Assembly (NCBI GenBank): GCA_001179505.1
Contig: CDMY01000449.1
Coordinates: 10,656-74,655 of the forward strand
Reading direction: 5' to 3'
DNA length: 64,000 nucleotides
From: Vitrella brassicaformis CCMP3155
Lineage: Eukaryota > Protista > Chromerida
The notes beneath the pieces were generated by a model. It had not been told where the DNA came from, made no database searches, and saw only the letters and a program-made list of their open reading frames with translations. How positions within the stretch are numbered: position 1 is the first letter of the stretch; each line of letters begins with the position of its first letter. Shown one piece after another: positions 36,515 to 50,599 of the stretch. Both the position numbers and the translations under genes were made by a program.

Positions 36515-39500
36515 CAGACGATGACGGGGCCCTTGCAACGTGCCGTTCTTGCTGTGCTGTTCCGTCAGGACAAGGGTGGCGTCGTGTGTGGTGATGGGAC
36601 CAAGAGCCCGGCGTCGCGTGAGGTGCGCGCAGGGCCGTCTGACCAGCTGACGATGGAGCTGAAGGGCACCAGTGACACTGCTGGACCGGCGAGCACCCAT
36701 GATGCTCCCCTGGCCCCTTTAGTGGTACGAGAGGCCCAGGGCTGTCAAGAAAGCACCATGCCTGCATTGCATGTCACCCTTGTCTGTGGCCGTGTTCTTT
36801 GCAGGTGTGCGAGACCCTTTTCCTCGACATAGCGGCAGGGATGGAGGACAAGCGGATGCAGATCAGCCAAGGAGCAGCTCCAACCCATCTGAGTCGCCCC
36901 ATCACGATGACCGTGGTAGGGTACGACCGCGAGCCGCCCGCCGTGGACTTCATTACTGCCATAAGATACATTGTGCCGCCGAGGGCCACGGTCAAAGCTG
37001 GTGAGAGAGAGGAACGAATGGAGGATTGCACTCGGGGCATCTGTAGGTTTGGATGTGTATGTTGTCTGGCAGGTGCATGTGACCAGTGGGGTACGGGCAA
37101 GCTGGGCTTCCTCATGTATCCCTTGCACCAGATCGACGGCGACGCGTCCCTCCACACGGCAATTGACGGGAAGCTGCCGAAGGATCATTTGCTGATCAAC
37201 GTCAACCTGAGCCCTCCTCGCCCACGTGTCACCGGCGCTCATGGCCATTTTCCCGCCAGTCGCCCTCAGGTGAGAAGCGTGTGACGCCACACACAGCTGT
37301 GAATGAGTGTTTATTGTCTTTCTGCAGTCACACAGCAAGCCCGATCTCACCCTGTGCGGCAAGAGTGTGCCGACAGGTATCCCATCTGACAAGGGCCAGG
37401 GCCCCAGTGCAGGCGGTGGACCATCGGCGAAACACAGACATGGCCACACACCCATCCCACAGACGTAAGCCGGCAACACCACCACTGACGCCATGTTGAC
37501 CAAAGGACATGGCAATCCTTTCTCTTCTCTCTTCAGTGCAGTACTCGTTCAGACCGCTTCCCACGGTGGATGTCCGCTCATGCAGATGTCTCGCAAGACA
37601 GCTCCTGCCCTACAGGCTCAGCAGACAAACGACCCACAGCCGGGTGAGTTGGCAGGGCAGACGAGAGGATGAATGACTGACACATGCGCTGTACGTTGTG
37701 ACGATGCAGGTGCGTCAGAGGAGCTCATGCGGCTGGTTGTGACCAGCACAGCGGCAGGCTTCGGACAGCACTGGCTTGTGACGCGTCGAGACGTCACGGC
37801 CGATGAGCTGAAGGCGTCGCTGTGTCAAAAGATCGGCCTCGCTGCCAGCCAAATCAGTGTCGTCGTCAAGCCGGCCAATATGGTGCTGGAGGGCTGCAAA
37901 GGCCTGCGGTCGTGCGGCATTGCTCATGATAGCCAACTCGTCATCGGTAGTCTAAGAGAGACAGCAAGACAGTGGTCCTTCTTAACGCGTTGTGCCTCCA
38001 TGTTGTGTATATCAATCTCCCGGAAGTGCCCACGTTGAGAGCGGCTGCCAGGGACGACAACCGGCAGGTGAGCAATGGCTGCATGCAATGGACAGGCGAG
38101 AAAACTCCTGTGTGTGAATGCGTTTTGGCCAACGCAGGCCCCGAACCAGAGCGTCTCGGCCTCAGCGGCCCCTGGTCCAGCGTCTAGTGTCGATTCCCAA
38201 GTCCGAGGCCAGGGCGTGGCAGAGGGCGCCGAGCAATCGCGTCAACACGAGCTGCACGTGAATCAGATCGATAGTGCGCCACGTGAGGAAGGCAGAGGCG
38301 GCCGTCCCGACGCATTTCCAGTGTCGATGTGTGTGTGTGTGCATTCCAGCCTCTGATCGCATGCTGGTGTTTCTTGCCGAGGAGCTCACGGCGGGCGACT
38401 CGTTGCCGGACGGGCGCAGGCGTTGGGCTGATGTCCATGGCGGCAAGCGACTCGCTGTCCCCCCGAGACACCAAACATGTGTCATCTGTGGATGTAACGA
38501 CCAGACTTGCCACAAGCAGATGGATATCAGCTTGCCACAACCAGATGGATATTTCCTGTGTGTGTGTGTGTGTGTGTGCGTGCGGCTACCAGGGGCGTTG
38601 AACGCCTTCGAGGCGAACCCGGGTCTCAGATACGAGGATGCCACGTCCGAATACCTCGTGAGCTGACAAGGGAAAGGAAGGCAGCTCCTTGAGTGATCTG
38701 TGGCTGGTTGTGTGCAGGTCATCTCAAACTGTAACACACCGGCGCACACAAGACAATGATGGATGGATGGATGGATTCCATTAATCAGGTCCGTGCTCGG
38801 TCGTCCTGCATTTGAGCTGCCTGCGGCGACTCGTCGAAAACAAGCGGCTCGAGGAGGTTCAGGCAGAGAACCGTCTGGGGCAGGTCAGAGAGCAGCCAGT
38901 CGCACCTACACATGCGCTCGCAATTCTCGACTGTGTGTGTGTGTGTGTGTGTGTGTGTGCCCTTTGCTTGCCAGGAAGTGAACCGTGCCAAGGCTTCAGA
39001 TGCCGAACAGAACAACACGACCATCGATGAGATTCTCAAGGAGGTGAGTCTATGTCGGTGAGGGCACGGAAGAACACAATCATTGCAGGGCGTCTTCCGT
39101 GTCACACACAGGATTCGCGGTACTCGGCTGTGCCCATCCCCTCCCAAAGCTGCGCTGCCAAGATGCAATGTCTATTCAATTGCCCAGGGTGAATTGTTCC
39201 AGCAATGGATCCATCAACTTGTCTGTCTTGTTGTTCTTGTTGTTGTTGTTATTGTCGTCGTCTGTTTGTTTCCGCAGGGAGCAGTCGGTGGTCCAGCTCT
39301 GTCAGTCGGTCGGTCGCCGAAACACACAAGCACTGCACACACAGACAGGCAGCCACACACCTACATCGAGTGAGTGCATTGCTGTCCCCCCGCAGCTCTA
39401 CACCCCGACCAACAAAAACCTTCTCGCCCTGGAGTGCCGTGAGCTGAAGCTGTCCGACCTCATCCCCGACACACTTCACCATCTGGCCAAGACGTGTGAG

Positions 39501-40725
39501 GAAATACGCCACGACCTGCGGGCGAGACAAGAGACAGTGCAGCTGAATGAGGAAGCCCTGGCGATGGCAGAGCGAGGTACGCCACACACACACAGAGAAA
39601 AGGGACTGCATTTGTCTCTGTGTTTTGCATGCAGCCGACGCTCTGAGGGTTTTCGATATTGGTACGGTTCAATCCACCGTGACAGAGAGAGGGACGCTGC
39701 TTTGTCTGCAGGCGACTGGAATGCCGAGACGATGGTCTATTCAAGTGTCCCGGCAGGGCTACCCGGCAGACAGGTACGGGCTCACGGCATTGTCGTACAC
39801 TCACTCACTCACCATCTGTTTCTGCCAACCTGTTTCGTTGTCGGTCCTTGCAGATCGTAGACCGAAAGGTTCTCATTTTCCCCAGCACATACGCCAGCAT
39901 CGAGTCGATCGAGTGCTGTCACCCAGGTACAAGGCCAGAAAGAACACACACAAATGTGTATCAGTACGTGTCTCACTGTACGGTACACTGATGGTCATCA
40001 ATCGATGCATTGGTGGTGTGGCCAGGTTGTTCCAACCCCGCAGTTGTCTTCTGCTGCGGCGAAGTGCACGCGAAGCCACCACACATGCCTGTCGAGGTAC
40101 GGCACATCCAGGCAATGCGCTCACAATCGATGGGGATGCGCATTTTTGATAGGAGTACGACGCCATCGCCGCCAAGCCCACCTACAAAACTGGTGAAACA
40201 CAAGGAAAACAGGTGCAGGCAGGCGGCCAGAAATCGTTGTGGTCTCAGGTCATTGTGTGGAGCACTCTGGTCTGGCTGATGTGCCCGGCAACAACAGTGT
40301 CCTACGCTTCTGGCTGCTTCCAGAGACCAACCGCGCTACCATGGTCAGCGCGAGGAATGACAGATACTTGATGGAGAGCCTTTCTCTTTCCGATTCAGTG
40401 GTATTGTCCTTCTTGTCGCGCCGACGCTGAGTCGTTCCCCCATGACGACTGCTGCACAGACTGTGGCGTCAATCGCGGTAACATGATAATGACCTACACA
40501 TCCCGTCTCTTGTCTTGACTGGCTCTTGGGCAGATGAGGAGAGCGTCTATCTTGCATGCGACACCACGGGTATCCTAAGATACACATATAGAAGCAAGAG
40601 ACACAAGATGTGGGCTGCGAATGTGTCATCTGTGTGTCTGAGAACCAGGCTGCAGCGGCACAATTATGTGCAGGTCAGCCACCAACCCACACACACACTC
40701 TGGTTCCCACACCACCCCTCTCTCA

Positions 40726-40762
<37 letters not shown>

Positions 40763-41250
40763 TGTGTCTCGCTCGCTAGTCACGAAGGGGTTGGAAGGAG
40801 GAAGTGCGACCAAGTGAGAGAGAGCCCTGTGGCTGACACAAGGCTGCTGCGCTTCTGTGTCTCACGCCTGATCAGTGCGTCCGCCAAGATCCTCAGCGCA
40901 GGAGGGGAGATGAGGATCCCCTGTGGAAGTAGGGAGGGGTATGGGAACGCACCCAGCAATCTCTCTGCACCGTCTTGTGTGGCTCTCTGTTAATGCAGGG
41001 ACAGGAAAGAGAGAATGACAGGACAAATGCATACAAGTGACGGGCTCTACATATTGATCTGTGTCGCATTTGTGCGTCAGGGACTGCATTGTCTGTGGCG
41101 AGCCGCTGACGGGGCCTGACTTCGGTGAGACACTGAGCTGGTTCTTCCATCGATTATGTGCATGCCGCCCACCTTTGTGTGCAGTCCACTTCAATACTCT
41201 CGCCCCAGGGTGCCAATACAACCCAGAGGAGGGCAACAATCGCTATGAGG
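35809..41250 (+). CDS. One or two multi-exon genes with a ubiquitin-like exon, coiled-coil exons and a C-terminal Cys/His cluster
   Basis: Ubl-like exon ~37710-37950 (MRLVVTS...TADELKASLCQKIGLAASQI...LRSCGIAHDSQLVI); coiled-coil exon ~39395-39575; CIVC...HRLCACRPPLC at ~41080-41240. Exon joins not fully resolved. Confidence 0.45.
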
Positions 41251-41439
41251 GTACCCAAGCAGACAGAGACACAGCACTGGAATCACATTCTGACTTTCTG
41301 TCTGTCGTCTTTGTTCAGTAAGTGGCTACTTTAAACCAGCGGAGGCTGCATATTATCCCCCTTTCTCTTTCAGACGCTGTGGATGTTCGCGCATGCACCC
41401 ACAGACGGCAGTCCGTCATGGTATGATACACACACGGCA

Positions 41440-44400
41440 TGACACGTAGGGGAATAGCTGTGTCACCTGTCGATCTACTGTCCATTCAGTTTGGAGAAGT
41501 GGTTGAGCCACCTGCGGTGAGGCTCGGCTCGGCGCTTCGCGCCTCACCTTCGCAATGTTTGTTTTGTTTTTGTTGTGAGGCCTGGCGAAAATCGAGGTCT
41601 TGGGCCATTCTGCCGCTCATGCAACAAGCACCACGCGGTGACCAACTTGCAAAAACGCAGCAAACACACACAGCCACACAGCAGTCCACCTCCTTTGGCT
41701 GTGTGGCTCGCCTTCGCAATTGCCTCTTGCAGATGTGTTTCTGGCAGTACCCACCCTGGGTAAGGTGAAGTCGCACATACACACACACACACACATACAT
41801 GACTGCCGCATACACGCATTTGCTGCGTCTGATGTGTGTGCAGCCGCCACAGAAGACGGACTTTGCAAACGGTTCCAGCATCATCACGACAGAGGCTTGA
41901 TAGTCGCAGCCCCATATCTTCCCTGCTCGTCAATGCAGACTCACTCGTGCAACCTGGACGCAAAGGCAACGACACGGGCGGAGTGGGGGGCGACTCCAGT
42001 GCCTTGGGGAGCATCTCACACCACTGCGGCTCTGCGTGTGTGTGTGTGGGGTGTGTGTGTGCAGGCAATGAGCTGCGCAAGCAACAACTCGCCGTGAGCG
42101 CATACCAGCCCATACAGCTTTTTGAGCACCGCCTTTTGTCTTCAGGCCCTCGAGCTGGCAGGGACGTCATTGTGGCCGGTCAGCAAGAGAAAGAACACAC
42201 ACTCCTCAACATGCAATGCCCCCACCCCTGTCTATTCCTTGCCTATGTGTGCAGCTGACTTCAGGTGGGGCTGGCGACGGATAGCACTCAACCATTTGTT
42301 TGTCTCATCCATCCTGTCAATGAACAGAGAGCGAGTGGCCGGCTTACGTCGCGGATCAGAGGCAGCGCGAGAGGGAGGACAAGAAGGCCGACAAGCGCCG
42401 CAAGGCAGGGCAGAAAAGACAGAAAGAGCGCAGTGCCGACGCAACGGACAACGGCTGTGAGGTCAACTCTGAGGCGGACGGTAACAAGGCCTTTGCAGTC
42501 TGTCTCCAGGTGCGCTTTGACATGTGTCTTCTCTGGACTGTTTGCTTTTCTGGACAGGTAGAAGGAGGAAGGGTAAGCAAAGTGGCGCACGCAGGTGGTG
42601 CGATTGATTGCTCTTTTCGTGGCAGCAGCACCAAGCGACGATGACATGGAGTTGGATGCGGCAGACGAAGACGACGACAATGGCAGCGAAGCTGAAAGCC
42701 AGGTGTGCCTATCATTTCTCTAGGCACTGATATGTTTGAGTCGATGTGTGGTTTTACCCTTCGCTCGGGTCAGGACGAGAGCCGTGCGTCGCGTGGTAGT
42801 CGCGTAAATGACGGCGACAAGACCTGCAGCCACCCTCTCCGTCTTGCGCTGTGTACAGGCAAACACAAGACGCACGAGGCCGCCAAGAAGGAGAAGAGGA
42901 AAAAACGTAAGACGACTCATCATCCCTACTAATCTCTTCTGGGCGTTCTGCGGTCGTGTCGCTCCCCGTCAGGCAACGACGCCCAGACCAGGGACGCAGC
43001 ATCCGACTTCAGCCGTGCAAGAGCGAATGACGATGCCATGGCAGACGATCATCGTGAAGGAGACGGCGAGCAAGAGCTAGAACAGGTGCGTCGCGTCGTG
43101 GCCAGGTAGACTCATGTCTTTTGTACTTGGCTTGTGTGCAGCTCCACGATGATGACGGCGAAGGGCAGGGCAGTGGCGTGTCGGGTGCCGACAACGACGG
43201 CGGTGACCAGCCCAGTCGGCAGGCACGCTCTGGACCGCCAGAGGGGCACGTGTCGGGCCGTCCCGAGCTCGTCAAGAGAGCCACGCGCGTATGTGCACCA
43301 TGTGTATGGCCACTATCGCTGCGTCTATGTGAGTTGTCTGACTGATGTCAGGTCATGAGTTCCGGCTTCTCCTCGCTGATGGTTGAGCCCGAGTAAGGAG
43401 CGCAGAGCCAACGATGCTGTCAAGTGGATGCAGTAGTACGCTACTCCGTTCTTGTCTGCAGGTCTCCGTTTTCTCACTTCCAACCTTTCTGGACTTCGGA
43501 GGACCTCTCTAATGTCATGTACTTCGGAGTGAAGAAGGTAAAAGTCAGCTGAAGCCACGAGAGAACATGTCACCACGACGGCTCATGGCACTTGCTCTCG
43601 TGACCGTCTCAGATTCTTCTCGACGATATTCCCAACCGTCTGCAGAATTTGAGCAGGGAATTCTCAAAACGTAAGCAAGCAAGCAAACAAGGGAGGGAGG
43701 GAGGGAGGGAGGGAGGGCGGATGAGAGTTGCATGTCAAAACTGCCTTGTTTAGTGGTGGACGAGTTAGCCATGTGTGAGAGGATCAAAGATCGGCAAGAG
43801 CGAGAGCGGACCAGGACGGGCGTAGACCGGTACGGTGGATCCCTACATGCCTCGCACGCACACGAGACAGACGACATACTTGTTCGCACACAGGAAGCTG
43901 CAGGAGCTCGGCGAGCAACTGGCAAGAGCTATAAAGCGACAAACGAAGTCTCAAGCTAAGGTAAGTGACGGGAGGGGCAATTGTGTGCATCTGGCATTGC
44001 TGACGTCACTGTATTTCTCATTGGCTTGGGTCAGGAGGAGGGCCGCGTGCGGATCGATGAGTTGGTGGGAGAGGTCAGCCTGGACGATTCAACCTTCACC
44101 ACAGACTTCGAACTCCCCAAGAAAGAGTTGCGCCCGCAGGTACACGTGACACATATGTCTCATCCATCCATCCGATTTGGATGGGGAGTCCAACACACAC
44201 ACATACACATGCACACACACGGAGACCACACATACACATGCACATGCACGGAGACCACACACAGACACAGACATCAATCACGAACCCCCTTCTCTCCCTC
44301 TGGACATCTCTCTGCGTGCCGTTCGTTCGTTGTGCGTGCGCGTTCGTTGTGCCTGCAGGTGCGCTGAGACACATTGTATTGGGAGGGGGGCAGGCTGTTT

Positions 44401-47400
44401 GTCGTTGTCAGGACTCGCTGAGATCGGCTTGCGTCGAAGAGCTGGCCTTGTTGCTGGATAGGTTCCATCGTCAGCAGCTCCCGGACGACGATCCAGCGGC
44501 TGTGTCGGAGAAGCGCGAGTAAGACTGCTTGGCATGCGAATGCACTCATAAATGTCCCATTCATGTATGTATGTATGCATGTAGGCTGTATGGCGCACAG
44601 TTCGCAACCCCACGAAGAAACAAGGCTGCGTCTGATCGTGACGAGCGAGATATGAGATGGTACGTATGTCAGACACACTCGTGCACCACACACACGTTCA
44701 TTCATGCCGTGTGCGAACAGGTTGCTCGAGTTCATCCTCAACGAGGACGAGCAGGCCCGCGCCAAGCATGACGGCTGGCAGAGCGGCACACTGAGCTATG
44801 TACGCAGACACAACACAACGAACACCATCTGGACCGATGCGTGACTTTTTGCACCAAACAGATCATCTGGTGGCTCTCGTCGGGCAGATGCATTGGTGGG
44901 CGCCTGTCGTTTTCGCATACAAAGCACCTTGTGTGTGTGTCTGCATTGTGCCTTGCCCGCCGCCGTGTGTGAATGTGTACCGCAGCTGCGATATGTTTCC
45001 TGGATCAAGCCTTGGCCCAGCTCATTCAGGTGCGGTGATATTTGCCTTGGCCCCATTCAAAGCACAGATTGGCTGTCTCTCTCTCTGTGCTTGGTTGGTT
45101 GGTGGGTTGATGGGTTTGTTGTTCAGGAGGGTGAGCCTGCGTCCGAGAGGGCGAACGAGTCGACCCCAAGTCTCGCCTGGAGGCTCATATCCATCGTAAG
45201 CCAGCCAGCTGACAGCCGCACCCCTTCTCACTGTGTCTTGACGATCACATCTACCTTTCCCTTCCCACGCACAGGTGCTGGACTCGGCCACCGTAGACGA
45301 ACGAAGTCAGCAGCTCCCAAGTTTGCACGAGACGGTACCAGAGACACGCGTGCACACTGTGGGGCTGACAGCTGTGTTTGTATGTGGTGCTGTGGGGGCC
45401 CTCAGGAGCTGAGAGACATCCGCAAGTTCCGGAAAGTCTTGTTGCGATGCTACCAGGTGACATGCTGGTGGAAAGAGACGGACGAAGGAAGCTGCGTCTT
45501 TTCATGTGATCCTCAGCAAACTGAGGCGCTGTGCTATCGATGTGGCAAAGACATCGCCAGGTACCCGAAGCTACATCACACACGAGACGCTTCGCATCCG
45601 TGTGTGGATCTCTCTGGGTGTGTCTGGTGCATACGTGCAGCCACCCTGAGCAGAGCGGAGAAGGTGAGACTTGCCGACCGGTACATGGCGGACTTGTCCT
45701 CTGTGTGTGCCTCCACAGGAGTTGGTATCCCTAGGACCAAGAAATGCCCATTACCGAGTGAATCCTTCTGTGACGGCATCGACAAGGTACATGAATGACA
45801 CGCGCCTCACACGCAAATCCGCTTGGCACGTATGTATCGGAAACCAGGCGAGACTGCGGCATCTGGTGTACAAGCGGATCCAGGACTACAGAGAGCTGAA
45901 GGTGCCTTGGTTGTGATTTCACCTGCTGTTTACCTTTCGGTCTCTGACGTGTCTCTCTTTTGTCATTTTGCGTCTTTGCCTGTGACAGTCGTTGCTCGAG
46001 CTGATGCCCAACATAGGTGCGCGATGGTGGCATCAGTGGGAGCGCACACACATTGGCATGTGCTTGGCATTCGCTCTCTCTGTCACACACAGATCTGATC
46101 CGAGCTGCGCTGCCGCTGAGGGCGTGGGCCGACCAGAAGGTGCCGCTGCTGGTGTACCTCCAGTAAGTGGCACGTGAGTCGACAGTAGATAGTTGATTGG
46201 CTTGTGTCTTATCCAAGGCACACGATGTTCGAGACGTGGCGATGTGAGCCAGGGGCGACGGCTCTCGGCCGTGGTGTCAAGGTGTGCGGGTAAGACTGAC
46301 GAAAGGGCTCATGGCGTGGGATGAGTCGTGTGTTTGTGTGCAGGAAGCATGTCTTCGACACGTTCGGTGGCGGCGATTTTCAGGTCACAGCTCACACACA
46401 CATTCACTCATGGCCACAGACATTTGCCGCGTCGTGCAGATGGATTACGAGGGCATTCATGTCCAGAAGGCAAGAAGGAAAGAAAAAGAAAGACAGACAG
46501 ACAGACAGACAGAGACACAGTGCACTGCGAGTGCACGTGAGTTACTCAGAGACACACAGAGACGGGCACAGTAACGCACCTTTTCCGTCTCAATTAATTT
46601 TTACATGGAATCCCTCTTCAGGCACACCTGCAGGTCGACATCTTACACTCTCATCTATGGCCATCCATCCATCGATTTATCCATCTGCAAACCAACCACA
46701 CGCGACGTTTCCTTGTTTCTTGTTCCAGGAGGCAGACACCAACGCATACGTCAACAGCATCATCAACCTGATCAAAGTCGCAAACAACAAGTTCGAGGGC
46801 CTCAACCAGGTAAAGAAAGGAAGCTGATCAGGTAGAGTGACACCATCAATATCACACTTCAATCCCCCTCCCTGTGTGGGTACGGATGTACATGTATTAG
46901 GTCTACAATGAAAGCGTCTCACCGCTTTCGGCCGAAACCCTCCAGCGTTTTGCCGGTACTGCACAGACATCGTCTTGTAGCCATGGTGCACCTGTCGGTC
47001 TGTCTGTCTGTCTGTCTGTCAGGGATGGCATGGCTTGTTCGAAGCAGCAGTGAGCAGCCCACACTCGACTTCGCTGCTCTGGCTGGTGGCGACGTCCGCA
47101 TTCGGACACTCCTCCAGAGCTTCGCACGAGTACCAAACACGCGATGTTTCCTTTTCTCCGTACACACACAAAGTCAGTGTGGTTTGTGTGCGTGTGTGTG
47201 TGTGTGTGTGTGCTGTCGGACTCAGCTGTGTGACGCGCGGACAAGAGACCTGTACTTCGGCATACTCATCGCTAAGATTTCGGTATCCTTGATCCACATC
47301 CAAACCACTGCATGGACATGTGTGTCGTCTGCTTTACAGGAGGCTCGGTTCGGGGAGAGCGGCAGGAAGATCTTCACAGAAAGTCCTGTCCACCCAAGAT

Positions 47401-50220
47401 CCAAACGGAATCTTGGGAATGAGGACGACTGCCCGACTCTCACAGCTCTTGCAGAATTTGTGTAAGTGGCTGCGACGTGATACGTGACGCGTGAGCTGTT
47501 GTGTCGTGCTGTGACAGGAATGAGGCCCAGCAGCACGTCAGCAAGGACCTCTTTGGCGTGAGTGGCGAGCAGCATTCGACCCATGCTATGAGAAGTAAGT
47601 CGTCAAGAACTCTCGACCAAGCTGAGCACACACAGCACACACAGCACACAATGGTCATATGCGGGCGGCTTTTGTGTCTCTTGCCCATACCCTGAACAAA
47701 AGTGCGTTTGATGAGGTGAGCGGAGCACACGACCATCCATATGCACGTCCTTGGATGATGCACGTTGTCTTCTCCTCCTTCTAGGATTCGCGACAAGATG
47801 TTCACGTTCAGTCGCATTCCCATACTTAGGTTTGCGCCCATCGGGGCGGACGCGCCGGGCATCAGAACTGGCGTGGACGCGCTGGATGCGTTGAAGCAAC
47901 TAGTCAGACACGACAAGCTTTTCCGCGGGTACAACTTTACAAGGGAGACGAGAACAAACAAAGAGATGACACCCATCCGCACGAACATCGTACCGTACTA
48001 TCTGCTGCACTTTGCCTTGCAGGATTCTGAAGTTGGTGTTCGACAGCTCGGCTGAGTCGTATCCGCCCTCGAGAGACGTCGACGGTGACCATTCACACTT
48101 TCAGGCTGCTCGTTTGCCTTTCACGTCTGTCTGCCTGTCTGCCTGCCTGTCTGTCTGTCTGTCTGTCTAGCTGAGAAGCGGCGAAACGGCGCAACGGCGA
48201 ATCAGAAGCCGGTGAGAGGGGTGGATTGCCATGGCATCTCCTTGTTTCTTCGTTTGATTGTGATGGTACTCTGCAGTTTCCGATGTATCGCTTTTCCGAG
48301 GATGGACTCCTCATGTGCCTGAAGCGCATGCTGGGGCTGAGTGAGGATTTGTCCTTCCGCTTTCGGTTCCTAGGTGAGTGGGTCCGAGGGGAGCTTAACC
48401 ACACACAAGCCCCGTCCTTTCAATTCTCTATCGTGGCAGACTCGGACAGCTGCATGGAGTACTGGAAGATCCTCCAGCAGCAGGTAGCAAATGAATGCAT
48501 CGCGTGTGTCTCAATTTGGAGAATGTGTGGATTGCCTGCATGTTGTGCCATCAGGACGACAAGCGCCCATTCATGTGAGTGGCCAGTGCCCACACGTGAG
48601 CCTGTAGCACCGTGGCATGTCTCCCATCGTCAGGTTCGGCCCCATTCCGGGTTTCATCCGCGACATGACAGAGGTAAGCAGCCAGACAAAGGTCACAACA
48701 TCGGGGACAAACACCTGTTGACTACATTCGTCAATTTCTTGCAGCCGGAGCTGTTGAAGTGCAACGAAAATGGCGTCGTAAGCCTCCCGCAGCGAGAGAG
48801 AGCGCTGCATCAAGAGACTTCAACTCAGTCCTCACTGATTTTGATCCCTCAGGTCCAGTGGGACAAACCGGCCCCCAAAAACCGAGGCGGGAGATCAGGT
48901 AACGCTCTCGAGACTGTGTCCGACACTGCACACGGGGCTCACTTTATGCTGTCTTGACGGGCATGCAGATGCGAGGGCTGCGGCCGCTGGCAAGAAACGA
49001 GCACGCAGCCAAGGTAAGGTGGCGGGCGGGGCGTCCACTGCAGCCTTTCCCTGGTGGTGGCGTTGCCGTTCAGCCCACTCCTCGACAGGGGAGCGAGAGC
49101 GAGAGGTCCGACAGCGGAGCGAGAGCGAGAGGCGGTATGAAAGGCGGAAGCAAGGCGGGGATTTGCCTTACGAGGTGACATTTCTCTTCGCCAAACAGGT
49201 CAGTACTGATGCCTACCACGCGCCGTTGACCAGTCGTGAGTGAGGCATGTGTTGCACCTTCACAGATGGCAAGTGCAGAGCGAGTGCTGTATCGCGCCGA
49301 GAGTTCGCGCCTCACTGCCGGTAGAGAGAAAGGACAGAGGAGGGAGGTGTGTCGCGTGTCGATGATGGGTTTTTTCGCTGTCCGTGTACTTCGTTTCAGA
49401 GAGGATGGGCTTCCTTCTCAGCTACGAGCCGCTTACCGTAAAAAGGGAAAGGGAGGGGTATCACCGTGCCCACGACAAGCCTCACGCGCCTTGCGTGTGT
49501 GCGTCTATGTACGGCATCATCAGGTGCACAAGGGCGCTTGGCGCGGGCACCAGGTGGGTGACGAATGCGAGAGAAGACGCGCCGTCTCAGTCTCACATGC
49601 CTGTGTGCTTGTTTTGTTTTTATGCTTATGCAGTATGTCGTCAAACGGAAGAATGCCGGAAGCGGACGGCAGCAGATCGTGCACTCTGAGGCGATCACGA
49701 CGCCTGCTGAGGTGAGCTTGGGCGTTGTGAAGGACAGCAAGAGTCTTTGACCACTTTGACCAGCTACGCTCGCTTCGCTCGCTACGCTCGCTACGCTGTC
49801 AGGTGAAGGAGCTGCCGGAGAGTCATTTTGACGACAAGGCGCTCCTGCTACTGGAGACGTAAGATGCGCAACAATGTGGAGGCCTCGCGTATGCACTTTC
49901 TTTGTCTGCACAGGTCATGCCAGACGGCTCTCAACGCATGTCTGCGAGTTGTGGGCATTGGCCCGGTTAGTGTTGTCGACACCGATGCGGCCGCCCCAGC
50001 TGCTGCTGCTGCTGGTGGTGCTGGTGAGGGTGCTGCTGGTGCAGGTGCTGCAGGTGCTGCAGACGATGTAGACATGGTGCCAGTCGTAGAGGCGGCCGCA
50101 GAGAATGGATCGGAGCAGCAGGATCATGGTGCGTGCAAGAATGGCACTGTGACGATTAATGTGCATTGCTGCTCTCATTGTTGCTCTGTAGTCCCAGAGG
50201 GCGAGGGCGGCGGACAGGCA
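41440..50220 (+). CDS. Large intron-rich orphan gene or genes, no recognised domain
   Basis: Many short exons with canonical sites, e.g. QEADTNAYVNSIINLIKVANNKFEGLNQ|VYNESVSPLSAETLQRFA and DDKRPFM|FGPIPGFIRDMTE|PELLKCNENGV|VQWDKPAPK. Integrity of a single frame not proven. Confidence 0.4.
46522..46590. repeat. 69-bp inverted repeat of 53175-53243 (exon end plus most of an intron of the KDZ gene)
   Basis: 65/69 identity by manual alignment. Confidence 0.9.
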
Positions 50221-50599
50221 ATGAGAGACTAGCCACGGTAGGTTTGACCGAAGGATATTTGCTCAAGTGAGTTGATTCTGATGCAGGTCCGTCGCAAGCC
50301 GAAGTGGTCGGTGGCATGCGCATGCAAGCGCGCTTAGCATCTATGGATTGTCCTTCTTGCTGGATGTGTGCGTTGAGACGTTGACGTAGATTGAGACACA
50401 TTCGGTAGGTAGGTATCAATGGACCGATCCAGCTGCCTCAATCATGCCACGATCATGACGCATCAAAGCCTCGCCACATGGGAAAGTGAAAAAATCGTCG
50501 CGTCTCGCATGAAACAGGCTGACTCACATGGCCATGGCGTCCCTCACTTGTGCTCTCATCAGCAGCCCCTCACCACCCACGTCTTCGAAACAAGCAGTG

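Noticed and set aside
49764-49800. 9-mer tandem (GCTACGCTC) repeats
   Set aside because: Short minisatellite; no spacers, so not CRISPR-like.
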